Positions 26,381-38,682 of a stretch of 64,000 nt of DNA are shown here, piece after piece (position 1 is the stretch's first letter; each line of letters opens with the position of its first letter). The DNA is from Eledone cirrhosa (lineage: Eukaryota), in assembly GCA_964016885.1 (NCBI GenBank), contig OZ024743.1:150846001-150910000 (forward strand), written 5' to 3'. The translations under genes and the position numbers were made by a program. Below the pieces are notes generated by a model. That model was given only the letters and a program-made list of their open reading frames with translations. It did no database searches and was not told the origin of the DNA.

Positions 26381-27088
26381 AGTCTACAGTATTTTACCAT
26401 TGAACAAATACAATGTAGAGTTTGGAGAAGACTCTTCATTCTGTCCTAGCAGGCAACAACTTCCCTAATGTTGATACCATGATATATTGCAACCAGTACA
26501 CTTGTAAAGTGTTAGTGTTGGTACCCTGAGAAAATGCACCCAGCCATAGAAACCTTAGCAAATACAGAACATAATGAGCAAGATTCGTTGCTTGAGCATC
26601 TCTTATCTTAAACTCTGTAGCCCATTTAGCCCATGCCAATGTAAAAATGATGATATATATATATGTAGTAATATCAATATTAGGGTATATTGTCTGAAGC
26701 ATGTCACCCCGAAAGTTGAACCTAGTTTTTTTTGTGTACCTGTGCACTGTTAGCAATGTTTTATTCGTTTACTGATATACCCATTTTTGGGGGTTTTCTG
26801 ATTTTGATTTTTGATTATTCGTTCCATTCGTTAGTACGAGAAGAACGACACAAAAATACATATATTGTATTTTATTTTATCTTACTTTATTTTATTTTAT
26901 TTTATTTTACTTTACTCAATTTTCACTGTATGTTTTGAATGTTTGCAGTACCCAGCTTTATGTGCATAGAGACAGTTGAATGCATATGTATGTGTATGTG
27001 CATATATGTATGTATATATGAGTGTGTATTTATATATATATATATACATATATGTGTGTGTGTGTGAGTATATATATATATACGTATG

Positions 27089-27475
27089 TGGAGGCACATG
27101 GCTTAGTGGTTAGAGCATTGGCCTTGCAATCGAAATGTGAGCTCAATTCTCAGACCGGGTGATGTGTTGTTTGCTTGAGCAAGACACTTTATTTCACATT
27201 GCTTCCGTTCACTCAGCTGTAGAAATGAGATGATAGGACTGGGGTCCCTATCATTCCACTGCAAAGTGGTCGTGGAGGTGCCACGGCAAAAAAGTACCCA
27301 GCCCACACTGTAAAGTGGACGTGTAGGCGCCACGGAAAAAAAAGCACCCAGCACTCACTGTAAATGCGGTTGGTGTTAGGAAGGGCATCCAGCTATAGAA
27401 ATCAAGCCAGAATCAGTTCCCATCCCACCCTTGCAAGCAGGGAAAAGCAGATGTAAAATGATGATGATGATGTGT
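27089..27475 (+). mobile_element. tRNA-derived SINE with an RTE-derived 3' tail
   Basis: Head tggcttagtggttagag (A-box); tail 27266-27470 nearly matches the RTE 3' UTR at 61480-61645 (minus); (GAT)n end. Confidence 0.8.
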
Positions 27476-27642
27476 GTATGTATGTACATGTATGTATATA
27501 TATTTGTATGTGTGTGTATATATATATATATATGTGCATGTGTGTGTGGGGGGGTGTACATATATATATATAAATATATATATATGTGTGTGCTTATGTA
27601 TGTATATATTTTATTTTTTATATATATACATATATGTATATA

Positions 27643-28433
27643 AAAATCTTAATTCAAAACAAGTCAAGAAGAAAAACTTTATCCTCAGACTTTGTGTAAG
27701 TTGGGGAAAAAAGGCAATACAATCTTAACTCAAAATAAAATCAAGAAAAAATACTTAACTGTCAATTTGAAGAAAACTACAAATGCACTATATAGTCTTA
27801 AAAGACTATTTCACGAAACTTTTCAGTGGGGTTAGTCACGGTTGGCATTGATCTTCAGTATTGATCAACACATTAACTAATGTTCACTGCTAAAATGCCG
27901 GAGGGGAATTAAAAGCAGGCAAGCGAACAGCGTGTAGAATTAAAATAACAAAACACACATGGATACACGCTAGTGATGCAAGGATGAGATGAAAATCTGT
28001 TTACAAGAAACACCAGTCAAAACATTCCGAAAAAACTCAACAAAAATATGGAGTTCAGCATAAGAAATATTATCACAGTTTTTTTTTTTTTTAAACTGGG
28101 ATTAGTCACAAATATTAATAAGCACTCAAGGAAAGCTCCGAGTATTAATATATAAATGAAAATAGAAAAATTAATGTAAGCAAAAAGCCAACAATAATTC
28201 AGACATATAAGTGACTATAACATCAAGATGAAACATTTTTAATGAAAGATATGGGATAAGTAATAAAATCTTAATTCAAAACAAGTCAAGAAGAAAAACT
28301 TTATCCTCAGACTTTGTGTAAGTTGGGGAAAAAAGGCAATACAATCTTAACTCAAGATAAAATCAAGAAAAAATACTTAACCGTCAATTTGGGGAAAACT
28401 ACAAATGCACTATATAGTCTTAAAAGACTATTT
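27643..28433. repeat. 169-bp direct repeats (27643-27811 / 28265-28433), 622-bp period, flanked by (TA)n
   Basis: aaaatcttaattcaaaacaagtcaag...atagtcttaaaagactattt occurs twice with ~4 differences. Confidence 0.9.
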
Positions 28434-28456
28434 GATATATATATATATATATATAT

Positions 28457-30160
28457 ACTTTTCATTGTATGCCAACTACAGGAGAAGTACCTAGCTAAAA
28501 GTAAACCCCTATACTTAGCTTTTGTTGACTTGGAGAAAGCCTTTGACAGAGTCCCCCGTTCCATTATCTGGTGGGCTCTTAGAAAACTAGGTGTTGATGA
28601 ATGGCTTGTGAGAGCTATACAAGCCATGTATAAAGAAACAGTTAGCAAGGTTAGAATTAACAACGAATATAGTGAAGAGTTTAGCGTAAAAGTTGGTGTT
28701 CATCAGTTGGTGTTCTTAGCCCCCTACTAGTTATTATTGCCCTTCAGGCTATAACAGTGGAGTTCAAGACCGGCTGCCCATGGGAACTCCTATATGCAGA
28801 TGATCTAACGCTCATAGCTCATAGCTCATAGCTGAATCAATGGCTGAACTAGAGAAGATATTCCAAACATGGAAGCATGGCCTAGAATCAAAAGACCTTA
28901 AAATTAACCTGTCTAAGACTAAAGTTCTAGTTTGTAGGAAGGAAAATAGGGCACCGGTCCCATCCGGGAAATGGCCATGCTCAGTGTGTAGGAAAGGAGG
29001 AGGCAGAAACTCCATTTTATGTCCCAAATGCAAAGTATGGGTGCATAAAAGATGTAGTGGGATCACTGGTAAGCTAACTAAGAATATAGATTTTATATGT
29101 GGCCGGTGCTCTGGTGCAATAAGTAGCAGCAAGTGCCCACAGAATACTAGCTCATTCCATTGCACAGATGGTTCTATAGGAATAGTGGCCACCTTCCGTT
29201 ACTTGGGTGACAAAATCAGCAATGGCGGAGGGTGCTCTGAAAGTACAGTATCTAGAGTCAGAACTGGATGGAAAAAGTTCAGAGAGCTTATACCACTATT
29301 AGCCGCTAAAGGGTTCTCTCTAAAAATGAAAGGCAGGCTGTATGATGCCTGCATACGAACAGCAATGTTACATGGCAGTGAGACCTGGGCATTGTGTGCA
29401 GAGGATATATGCAGACTGGAGAGGAACGAAGCTTGCATGCTCCGCTGGATGTGTAATAGTAATATATGTGAACGGCAAAGCATAAACGAACTAAGGGAAA
29501 AATTAGAAATAAGAGGGATCAGATGTTGTTTACTCGAGAGAAGACTACGTTGGTACGGTCACGTGATGCGCATGAAAGACGACAGCTGTATAAAAAAGTG
29601 CAGGGCAATAAAAATAGACGGTTGTCATGGAGTAGGCAGACCCAGAAAAACCTGGGATGACTTGATAAATTCCGACCTCACACACTTACACCTCTCCAAG
29701 GCAATGTCACTGGACCGACATATTTGGCGCTACACAGTAATACAGAAGACCCGCCTTACCTAAGTACAAAGTGAAACTTACTACAGTCAGTAGGCACCTC
29801 TAACCAAAATACACCCCCGTCCCACTAGCCCCACCCCATCCACACCACCCCTTTCAATGTAAAGTTATGTTGGTACCACAACATCCAGTCCGAAACAAAT
29901 GAGGTCGTGTAGGTGTCACGACAAAAAAAACACACAGTCCCCGCTGTAATGTGGCCGTGTAGGTAGCACGGTAAAAACCTCCCAGTCCACACTGTAAACG
30001 TGGTTGGAGTTAGGAAGGGCAGCCAGCCGTAGAAAACCCGCCAGACAGTCCTATGCGAGCAAGACAACCACTCTTGCCTCAGGTGGGAAAACTCCCGTCC
30101 AAACCCATGCAAGCGTGGAAGATGGACGTTAAACGATGATGATGATGATGATGATGATGA
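28457..30160 (+). mobile_element. RTE-clade LINE, 5'-truncated, RT with PHD-like insert, 3' UTR and (GAT)n tail
   Basis: LYLAFVDLEKAFDRVPR, YADDL, ORF 28840-29763 ...LRWYGHVMRM..GRPRKTW. Confidence 0.9.
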
Positions 30161-30228
30161 TATATGTGTGTGTTTGTGCGTGTGCATGCGTGTCTCTATA
30201 TATATGTGTGTGTGTATGTATGGAAATG

Positions 30229-30267
<39 letters not shown>

Positions 30268-30348
30268 ATAATAATAAATTTGAAGACTAAAATCCAAAGG
30301 GCTCGATAAGGATAAATATATATCAAATATATAAGAACCGTAGAGCAA

Positions 30349-30481
30349 ATATTTATTAAAATAGCAGATTAAAGTTTAAGCAAAGAATCGCTGCTTTCAC
30401 GCTGCTTTCACGTTTCAGAAGATCCCGTTAAGGGTGAAAGCAGCGATTCTTTGCTTAAACTTTAATCTGTTATTTTAATAA

Positions 30482-30484
<3 letters not shown>
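30349..30484. repeat. Foldback with ~51-bp arms (30349-30399 / 30434-30484)
   Basis: tatttattaaaatagcagattaaag...gctgctttcac / gtgaaagcagc...ctttaatctgttattttaataaata. Confidence 0.85.
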
Positions 30485-30519
<35 letters not shown>

Positions 30520-31464
30520 TCAGCGAGAATCGCATTTCAGCGGGTAGAAAAAGCGAAACGTAACGTAAATTCAGAGTCATATATATATTTAGTATAAAAC
30601 AATATATAGGTTTGTTGTCTTCATTTTATGAGGTGTGTGTGTGCTTGCCCATGTGCATGTATGTATATGCATGTAATCTATCTGTTTCATGTCTTCTAAC
30701 TAATATAGGTTCACTTGTGAATCCTTAGTTGAATACTAAGTTTTGAGATAATAATTTTTGACCATTTATAAGAAACTCTAGTTCAGCTTAAATTATTAAT
30801 TTGAAACATTTCAATATTCTGTCTTTCAATAGTAAACTATCAATAAATGAATTACTATCACAGTTTCTTATGGAAGAATAAGTTAAGTTGAAAGAATAAT
30901 ATATTCAAAAATTAACTATTATAAGTTTATTTTCTTTAGAACATTTTGTAGACGAGAATTTACCAAATGATAGATGTAAAATCATTTCCTATGATAACAT
31001 GATATTGTGGTTCTGATATGGCATATCTTAATTAAGCTGTATTAATTGCTTTGTAAATAATCTGAGTCTTATTAAACAAATTATTCATTTCAAGCATTTT
31101 TCTTTTATATACATCATATGACATTACACAAAAGTAAATTAAATAATGTATGCAGCAAATATTCAAAAATTACAATTCCTACATATAATGATCAAAAACC
31201 AAGTAAAAATTGTAGCTAAATAGTTGACATATAGAAGGATATTAAAAAATATATATGCATGGTTCCATTGTTCAATAGCAATGATGAGATATTGCAGTAT
31301 GGACAGAAAGAAAAAAAATTTGACATCTCACTACTGCTGATTATTAGAAACAAAGCATTTACTATTGTTTGATGATTAATCCTAGAATACAATGAATGCA
31401 AAATAATCACCTATACATTGTTACTTGCTGCATAAAAATTACATTAAAAAAATTATACTACTAC

Positions 31465-31509
<45 letters not shown>

Positions 31510-31602
31510 CAACAACAACAATAACAACAGAACAGCAATATTAACAATAATAGGAAAAGTGTCATTGTAATCATTAGGAGATAGCTAATGTATGTGTGCA
31601 TG

Positions 31603-31657
<55 letters not shown>

Positions 31658-32437
31658 AAAAATATACAGAAAAAGAGTATAAAAGTAATCTCACAAAAGA
31701 ATGCACATATTGAAATGGAAATAACAATGGTAAGTGATGATATAGTGGGAAGTATTATTACCAGACAACAGCATGCATTTATTTTTATTCCATATCTATG
31801 AAATATCATCTCAGCCCTCACATACATTCTCATAGATTTCCAAAATTAAATATGTCCTTTGAAGCTGCTGGTCATCTTGATGTAATTCTCATGACATATA
31901 TCAGACATACTTTTGAATGAGTTAGAACACAAGACAAGATAGATTTAACAAACATTCAATCAACATATAAATACAATCAAATGAGTTACAATACTAACAA
32001 TTCGAACATGACTAAGACAATAGAATCTAATATTGTACTTTGATGCAAAAGAAAAACTATTGTTTCAAATGCTTCCTGTCTAACTGAGATGAATATACTC
32101 CTGTAATACTTTTGTGAGGAAGACTGATTACATAACACAATGTCATGAGAAATGAACAACTTTGAATCTTTAAAAACAAAATTACAATCATTTCAAATTG
32201 AAGATGTAGATATAATGAGTTGTAAAGAAAGGAATTTATTTCAATATGTTTAGCTTACTCTGAGTAACTATGAAAGTATTGTTATTTATAACATTGTGTA
32301 TATGACAGATTAAATTGGTCATTGAAAATATTAGAATTGAAAATATTAGAAATATTAGAATTTTGAATAAAAAGAGTAAGACAAGTGAAATTAAATAGTA
32401 TTTTCTTTGGTTTCATTTCATCTTCCAATATAACAAC

Positions 32438-32787
32438 TACTCAGACATCCTAAATAATAGGGGGGATTGGAATAAGCAGATGGGTTGGAAAATCGATAAT
32501 TTTGTTGTCTCCCTTGAAATTTTAAACCCAGAATTAGTCGTTTAGTTAATATATTGAGACCCCAACCTGTCCTGTTTATTTTGTAATGTATGAGATTTCT
32601 TGTAGTGTTCTTTTTTTTGTCATGTATGTTTTTTATGTCTAAAGAAAATTAATTGTCGCTGGAATGCTACCACTTAAAATAAAATTTTGCCAGAGATAGA
32701 TTAGCAAAATTTAATAAGCGTGGTGGGGGGAGTATATAAAAAAATCTGAAAAATTAGGGGAGGATGATTATTTGAGACCCGAGAGTA
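32438..32787. mobile_element. Possible MITE with degenerate TIRs
   Basis: Left tactcagacatcctaaataat vs right (revcomp) tactctcgggtctcaaataat. Confidence 0.4.
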
Positions 32788-33111
32788 CTAAAATAATCAA
32801 TATCGGTCAGTGTTATACATAAATAGATATTTCCAGAAATAAATATTTAACAATACATATATACATTGTGTGTGTGTAGCCTCTGCACACCCTCTGTACC
32901 CTACTATCGACGCCACCCCATCTATGGCTCAACTAACCACTCGACTCCCGGGAATGAATATGACCACAGCTAGTAAACAAGGACCCACACCCCACCCTCC
33001 CGCACCAAAATTAGACTTATCGTCCCCTGCTTTTGCTCTTTACTCTCTTTACTCTTTGTTCTTGAATGTTTGGTTGGTAGAGTCCATAACACCAATCAAA
33101 CCCCTTTTATA

Positions 33112-33156
33112 GCTCTGACGAATCCTACGGTTACGTAAGGAAGAAACATTGTAAGC
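33112..33156 (+). ncRNA. Minimal type-I hammerhead ribozyme (5' pLTR)
   Basis: gct CTGACGA a tcctacg-gtta-cgtaagga a GAAA cattg TA agc; predicted cleavage after GUA 33153. Confidence 0.8.
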
Positions 33157-33379
33157 CAATAAAAATCTTTTGATGTTGTAGACGCTCTTGTGTTCTTTAT
33201 CATATATACGGCTCTGCTCCAAAGCATAGGGCTAATTATTATGCTGCCAAAACCTTAATGGGACACGGGTATACAATACCTAACTCCTATTAACCTAAGT
33301 ATTTCTACGGCTCCCCCCGGTTGAGCTAAATCCTTATAACCTGTCCACCTTGTGTGTATGATTATAATTGATTGGCAGC

Positions 33380-35907
33380 ATGCTAACTAAAGACTACCTA
33401 CCTATATCACTCAAGAACATCCCAACCCCATCCAGGACTACTTATGAGAAATTACTGATAGCTAGTGTCAACTCCTTCGTTAAGCGTATTAGATGGCGCA
33501 CTTTCCACTTCGATAAGAGAAATAAGAAATCAACCACGGTGTCCCCCAATAATAAATTCGGTTTTAAAACCTATAGGAGCCCGCCCCATAACTCCATGCT
33601 AGATGGATTTGAGAATGACCTCCTATCACTAGTAAGGAATATTAAGTTTAAAAAACCCCATGGGAATAGCAACAAATTCCGGATGAAACTGGAAACCTTA
33701 ACGATAAAAGAGATATCCTGGTCACCTCGGATAAAACCAGAAATATTTATAGCTTAAATTATGATACGTATCGCAGGTTTATATACAATGAATTAAATAG
33801 AAACTATAATAAGACAACAAGCGCAAACCTAGATGAAATTAATAAGGAAGCATGCGCCATAGTGGATAAACTAGGCCTGGAAAAGTATACCCAACCATAT
33901 ACCCCTAGGCAACCCAGGTTAACCCTTAAAGACCATAAGGCTGACTTCATTAGTAAACCCTCTGTTAGATTAATTAGCCCATCGAAGTCAGATATAGGGA
34001 TTATCAGTAAGAAAATTTTAGACGGTGTTATACCTACCATCAGGAGGAAAATAAATCTAGAGCTATGGGAAAATACGGAAGAGGTTTTGAAATGGTTCTC
34101 AAGCCTTAGCAACCATAAATCCCTTAAATTTATACAATTCGACATCGATGCGTACTACACCTCAATCTCCCCCATACTCCTTAATAAAGCCCTAATCATG
34201 GCCATGCAGAAAAGTGACCTCACTAGGTCTCAAATTGATGTCATTCTTGCGGCCCGGAAAACGATAATCACATTTGAGGACGAATTGTGGACCCGCAAGA
34301 ATACGCCCAATAACTTCGACATCACAATGGGATCTAGTGACTCTGCACAAGTAACGGACCTGGTGGGATTGTACCTCTTAAAGGAGTTACATGAGACATT
34401 ACCGCACTTGAAGGGCGGCTTATATCGTGATGACGCCCTCCTCACTCTCGAGTATAAAAAGTGCAATATAGAAAGAACTAGGAAACAGTTACGTAGGTTC
34501 TTTAAAACCTTTAATCTAAGTATTACCATAGATGCAAATGACAAAACAGTAAACTTCCTAGACGCCACCCTTGACCTAGAAACTAAAACATTTGCACCCT
34601 ACCATAAACCGAATGATAGACTAACATATGTAAACGCCAGCTCCAACCACCCCAAATCAGTCCTAACCGCTATTCCCAGGGGGGTCTCTAATAGAATTAG
34701 CAGACTGTCCTGTAATGAGAGTATCTTCAACTCCAATGCAGAGTATTATGACAAGGCCCTAGCAGAATCTGGTTACGGGAATAGATTATCATATATACAT
34801 AAGGACTCCCAAACCATGAGTGTGAAACCTACCAACATAATCACACATAGTATGGCCACAAAGCCTAACCAACTTAGAGGCAAGAATAATAGTAAGAACC
34901 CTAATGGCGGTAACCCAGCTAAATGTAAACCACGTAGAGACAATACTAGAGTCCATCACCACAACTCTAAAACAGTAAATGATCATGCCATGAATATAAA
35001 CCATCCGGGCTTAAGCAAAACAGACAACGCCACTAACGTTAATAACGGAACCCTACAAAATAGTACGCACAGTAACGAGACTCACCCGACAGATAAGAAA
35101 AATAGAAGAAGGAAAAACATGTATTTTAACCCACCTTTTAACTCTGAGGTCCTCACTAACCTCCCCAGAGTATTCTTCTCATTATTAGAAAAAAACTTCC
35201 CACCAGGCAATAGATATCGCAACATAATTAACAAAAACGTGATTAAATTATCCTATTCGACCACACCTAACCTCGCATCACACCTAGCACGCACGAACAT
35301 TAGGAAAACTAGGGAAGGTTTCGAAGCAATTAAAATGGCAGTTAACCACCAGCAACCGACTACACTGGAAAATGGGCAACATAATAGCATCACTGAGCCA
35401 TCTAATGATATAGAGGTACCTAGTGATAATGCTAGTAACCAAAGTTCGGGAGGTACGCTAACTGATCGAACCCACAGTTGCAATTGTAGGCGGAGTAGTA
35501 ATTGTCCCCTAAGGGGGGATTGCCTCATGAAAAACATCGTATATGCATGTGACGTAACCACACACAACTCTACCAAAACATATATAGGATCAACGTCTAA
35601 TACATTTAAAACTAGATTTAACGCGCATATGTACACATTTAGACACGATAGACATAAGAATGCCACCTCACTGGCGGGATACATCTCCTTTTTAAAAAAT
35701 AATAGTACCCCATACAAACTTTTTTGGAGGAAGCTTATTAGATCCACGCCATACCGACCGCAGAGCGGGAGTTGTGACCTGTGTTTACTGGAATGCCATG
35801 CCATAATACACTCTAAATTGAACCTGCTTAACAGGAAATCGGAAATTTTCTCCTCTTGCCAACACAAAATCCTGAGTTCCTTCTTCTATTTTAAACCTAG
35901 CACATAG
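33380..35907 (+). pseudogene. PLE RT + C-terminal GIY-YIG endonuclease; one frameshift at ~33670-33700
   Basis: SLKNIPTP..RIRWR..FGFKT (N-term), DKTRNIY, FIQFDIDAYYTSI, FDITMGSSD, GLYRDDAL, YFNPPF, CNCRRSSNCPLRGDC, IVY..YIGST..FKTRF..H, CDLCLLE, LLNRKSE..SCQH. Confidence 0.92.
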
Positions 35908-36194
35908 ACGTAACATATATTACGCAACCCCCACCTAGACATACCCCCACCTAGACATACCCCTCCTTGACTATAGCTTCCCCCCCCCCAACCCATAACC
36001 CAGATAGATAGGTAGCCTAAGGGTGGAACAGTCCCCTACAAGGTTGGTGTTTGTGTGTGTATGTGTGTGTGTGTGTATCTGTGTGTGTATTCTCCTTTTC
36101 TCTCTCACACACACACACAAACATATGTATATATGTGTGCGTACGTGTGTGCATGCATGCATGCATGTGTACGTGTATTGTATACATGTGTATT

Positions 36195-36226
<32 letters not shown>

Positions 36227-38001
36227 TGTATACATGTGTATTATATTGTGTGTATGTGTATATGTGATATGTATGTGTATATATATATGTATGTGTGTGT
36301 GTATGATATGTATATATGTGTGTATGTATGTATATTTTTTTTGTAGAAGTCTTCTCTATATGTGGTGTTTGGCATGAATTCCTCCTATAATACTCTTCTT
36401 TGAGAGGAGCACGATATGTAGAGTAACACATATGTATTGTCGCAGTTGAAACTGAGAACCACCACTCCTCCTGCTGGCCCAAATGTTTACTGAGGACCAG
36501 AACACCATTCTCCACAATATAAGAGAGGAATGCGCTTGCCGGACTATGGATGACCATAACATCACATTCCAAGGTAATGGCAAAACACAGTGAATGCTAA
36601 ACACGACCAGAACACCACAACATGCACATCGGAGCAACAGAGATATAATATCAATAAGCGAATCGATTGAATTTTTTTAGTTGAAATACATATAAATATG
36701 TGTCTGTGTGTATCGGACACACGTACACATAAAGAAACTGCTGACCTAAATGTACCTGTCATGCCTGTCTGAATTCCTAAGAGAATTTTCGGTCAGTTAC
36801 TATCTTGACCGATTACCCTCACAATTACTACGTAGCGGTTCTTGCATGTGACTGCTGGACTCGGATGAAACGAAGACGAAGAATTTCCTTGCGTACCGTT
36901 TTGTACCACAGATGCGATCTCACTCTGCCTCGTTAATGTTCAATCGACACCAAAGTTCTACGTTCGGGGCAATAGAATTGAATCCAACCACCGACAACAT
37001 AGTTGGATGACCGATAATCACACCAAACCGGAGTACTGTGATCCTTGTGATTTCGAGATATACAACCACTGACACGATTACGAAGACCAGAAAACCATAC
37101 TCCATAATATTGAACCAAGTGATTGATTTGTGCGACCAAAATAACACCACACACATATTGAACTAGGAATATTGGATCCTCCGTCAATGTCTGGGTGAGC
37201 AAAAATAGATTTCTATCTGCATTGGAATTTACGAACTTGTGCATCTGCTGTGGTGTCAAAAACAAACGCACGTGACCGCACAGATGAACAATGGACTACG
37301 CCACCTGGGTTGAACCTGCAAGTGAATTGAAGGATGTGTAACTCTGATATACAGGTTATTTATTATTAAGATGTATAAACTTGACATAACTATTATCATC
37401 TTATATTCTCTCAACTAATCACATTTGATTATATTTCTCTATCCCGTTTTCTCCCCCCATATTTATAATATTTTTATTTGAAAAAATCGGTTTTTTTTAC
37501 ATTGTATCTTTCCCTTTCTAATACTTGCTTATATTTCTTTATATATTCTCTATATATTTTTTTATCCTTATTCTTATTTTCACTTTTATCCTCCTTTATA
37601 TTTTACCTTATTCTTACTTTTATACCTTATTATAGTGTAATCTTCCCCATGCCTTATTATACATTATTAATTATAGATTATTATTATTACTCTTTTTCCA
37701 TTTCTAATTACCTCATGTACTTTCTCCTCCGTTATATATATATTGTATGCCCTGTGTGTGTGTGTGTAGCCTCTGCACACCCTCTGCACCCTACTATCGA
37801 CGCCACCCCATCTATGGCTCAACTAACCACTCGACTCCCGGGAATGAATATGACCACAGCTAGTAAACAAGGATCCACACCCCACCCTCCCGCACCAAAA
37901 TTAGACTTATCGTCCCCTGCTTTTGCTCTTTACTCTCTTTACTCTTTGTTCTTGAATGTTTGGTTGGTAGAGTCCATAACACCAATCAAACCCCTTTTAT
38001 A

Positions 38002-38046
38002 GCTCTGACGAATCCTACGGTTGCGTAAGGAAGAAACATTGTAAGC
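38002..38046 (+). ncRNA. Minimal type-I hammerhead ribozyme (3' pLTR)
   Basis: Same as 33112-33156 except loop II gttg; predicted cleavage after 38043. Confidence 0.8.
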
Positions 38047-38094
38047 CAATAAAAAATCTTTTGATGTTGTAGACGCTCTTGTGTTCTTTATCAT

Positions 38095-38221
38095 ATGTAT
38101 ACATATATACAACTCACAAAATTTGGAGTTGTATACATAAATAGATATTTCCAGAAATGAATATTTAACAATACATATATACATATGTATACATATATAC
38201 AACTCACAAAATTTGGAGTTG
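38095..38221 (+). repeat. 90-bp tandem duplication whose first copy (32814-32866 + 38095-38131) is split by the PLE
   Basis: The intact unit at 38132-38221 matches the two flanks joined. Confidence 0.8.
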
Positions 38222-38621
38222 CATACATGAACAATTCCAGTGTCAACAAACAGATAATTGGCAGGAGGTGAAACTTGCCAAAATATATTATTTTTCCGTT
38301 TATGAGAAAGTTTGAGAGTTCAGCAAATTTTGACTCTAGACAAAATAGTATAAATAATAGGGCATATAAGCCTGACCCTCGTTTAACTAGGGAAAAAATT
38401 AACATCAACACATGCAGGGCTCAAACTCATGCTTGCCAGGCTGATCAGTGTAGCTATTCAACAAAAGAGAAGCTATGTAGTTGATATGAGCATCTAAATC
38501 TCTTGAAGGTAGTGCCTCAGCATGGCTGCAGTCTCATTACTGAAACCATTTAAAGAATGAAAGAATCTTCATTAACATCGTCCTTTTACATCCACTTTTC
38601 CATATTATGTGTGTGCATGCA

Positions 38622-38622
38622 A

Positions 38623-38682
<60 letters not shown>

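Larger units (their letters stand above)
32867..38096 (+). mobile_element. Penelope-like retroelement (Naiad-type), ~5.2 kb, with direct pseudo-LTRs
   Basis: ~340-bp direct repeats 32867-33205 / ~37757-38096, each with a hammerhead; one RT+GIY-YIG reading frame between them. Confidence 0.93.

Noticed and set aside
26682-26745. gggtatattg..catgtcacccc GAAA gttgaac as a half-hammerhead
   Set aside because: No upstream CUGANGA and no valid cleavage triplet
27266-27365. Repeat-spacer (CRISPR-like) pattern in the RTE/SINE tail
   Set aside because: Only 2-3 degenerate tandem units of a LINE 3' UTR in a eukaryotic context; no unique spacers or cas genes
30415-30450. Hammerhead-like cagaaga tccc-gttaa-gggt gaaa
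   Set aside because: Core is CAGAAGA, with no stem III/NUH or stem I
33269-33378. Intron in the PLE 5' UTR ending ttggcag just before the ATG
   Set aside because: Donor candidates are weak (gtatac, gtattt) and there is no clear pyrimidine tract; unsupported without transcripts
33645-33700. Programmed -1 frameshift in the PLE ORF
   Set aside because: The tttaaaaaac run is followed by a stop in the -1 frame (33667-33669), and there is no correctly phased slippery heptamer after it; more likely a small deletion
33380-37750. Selenocysteine/SECIS usage, reported for some Naiads
   Set aside because: No in-frame TGA at Cys positions in the endonuclease regions here, and no SECIS recognised by eye
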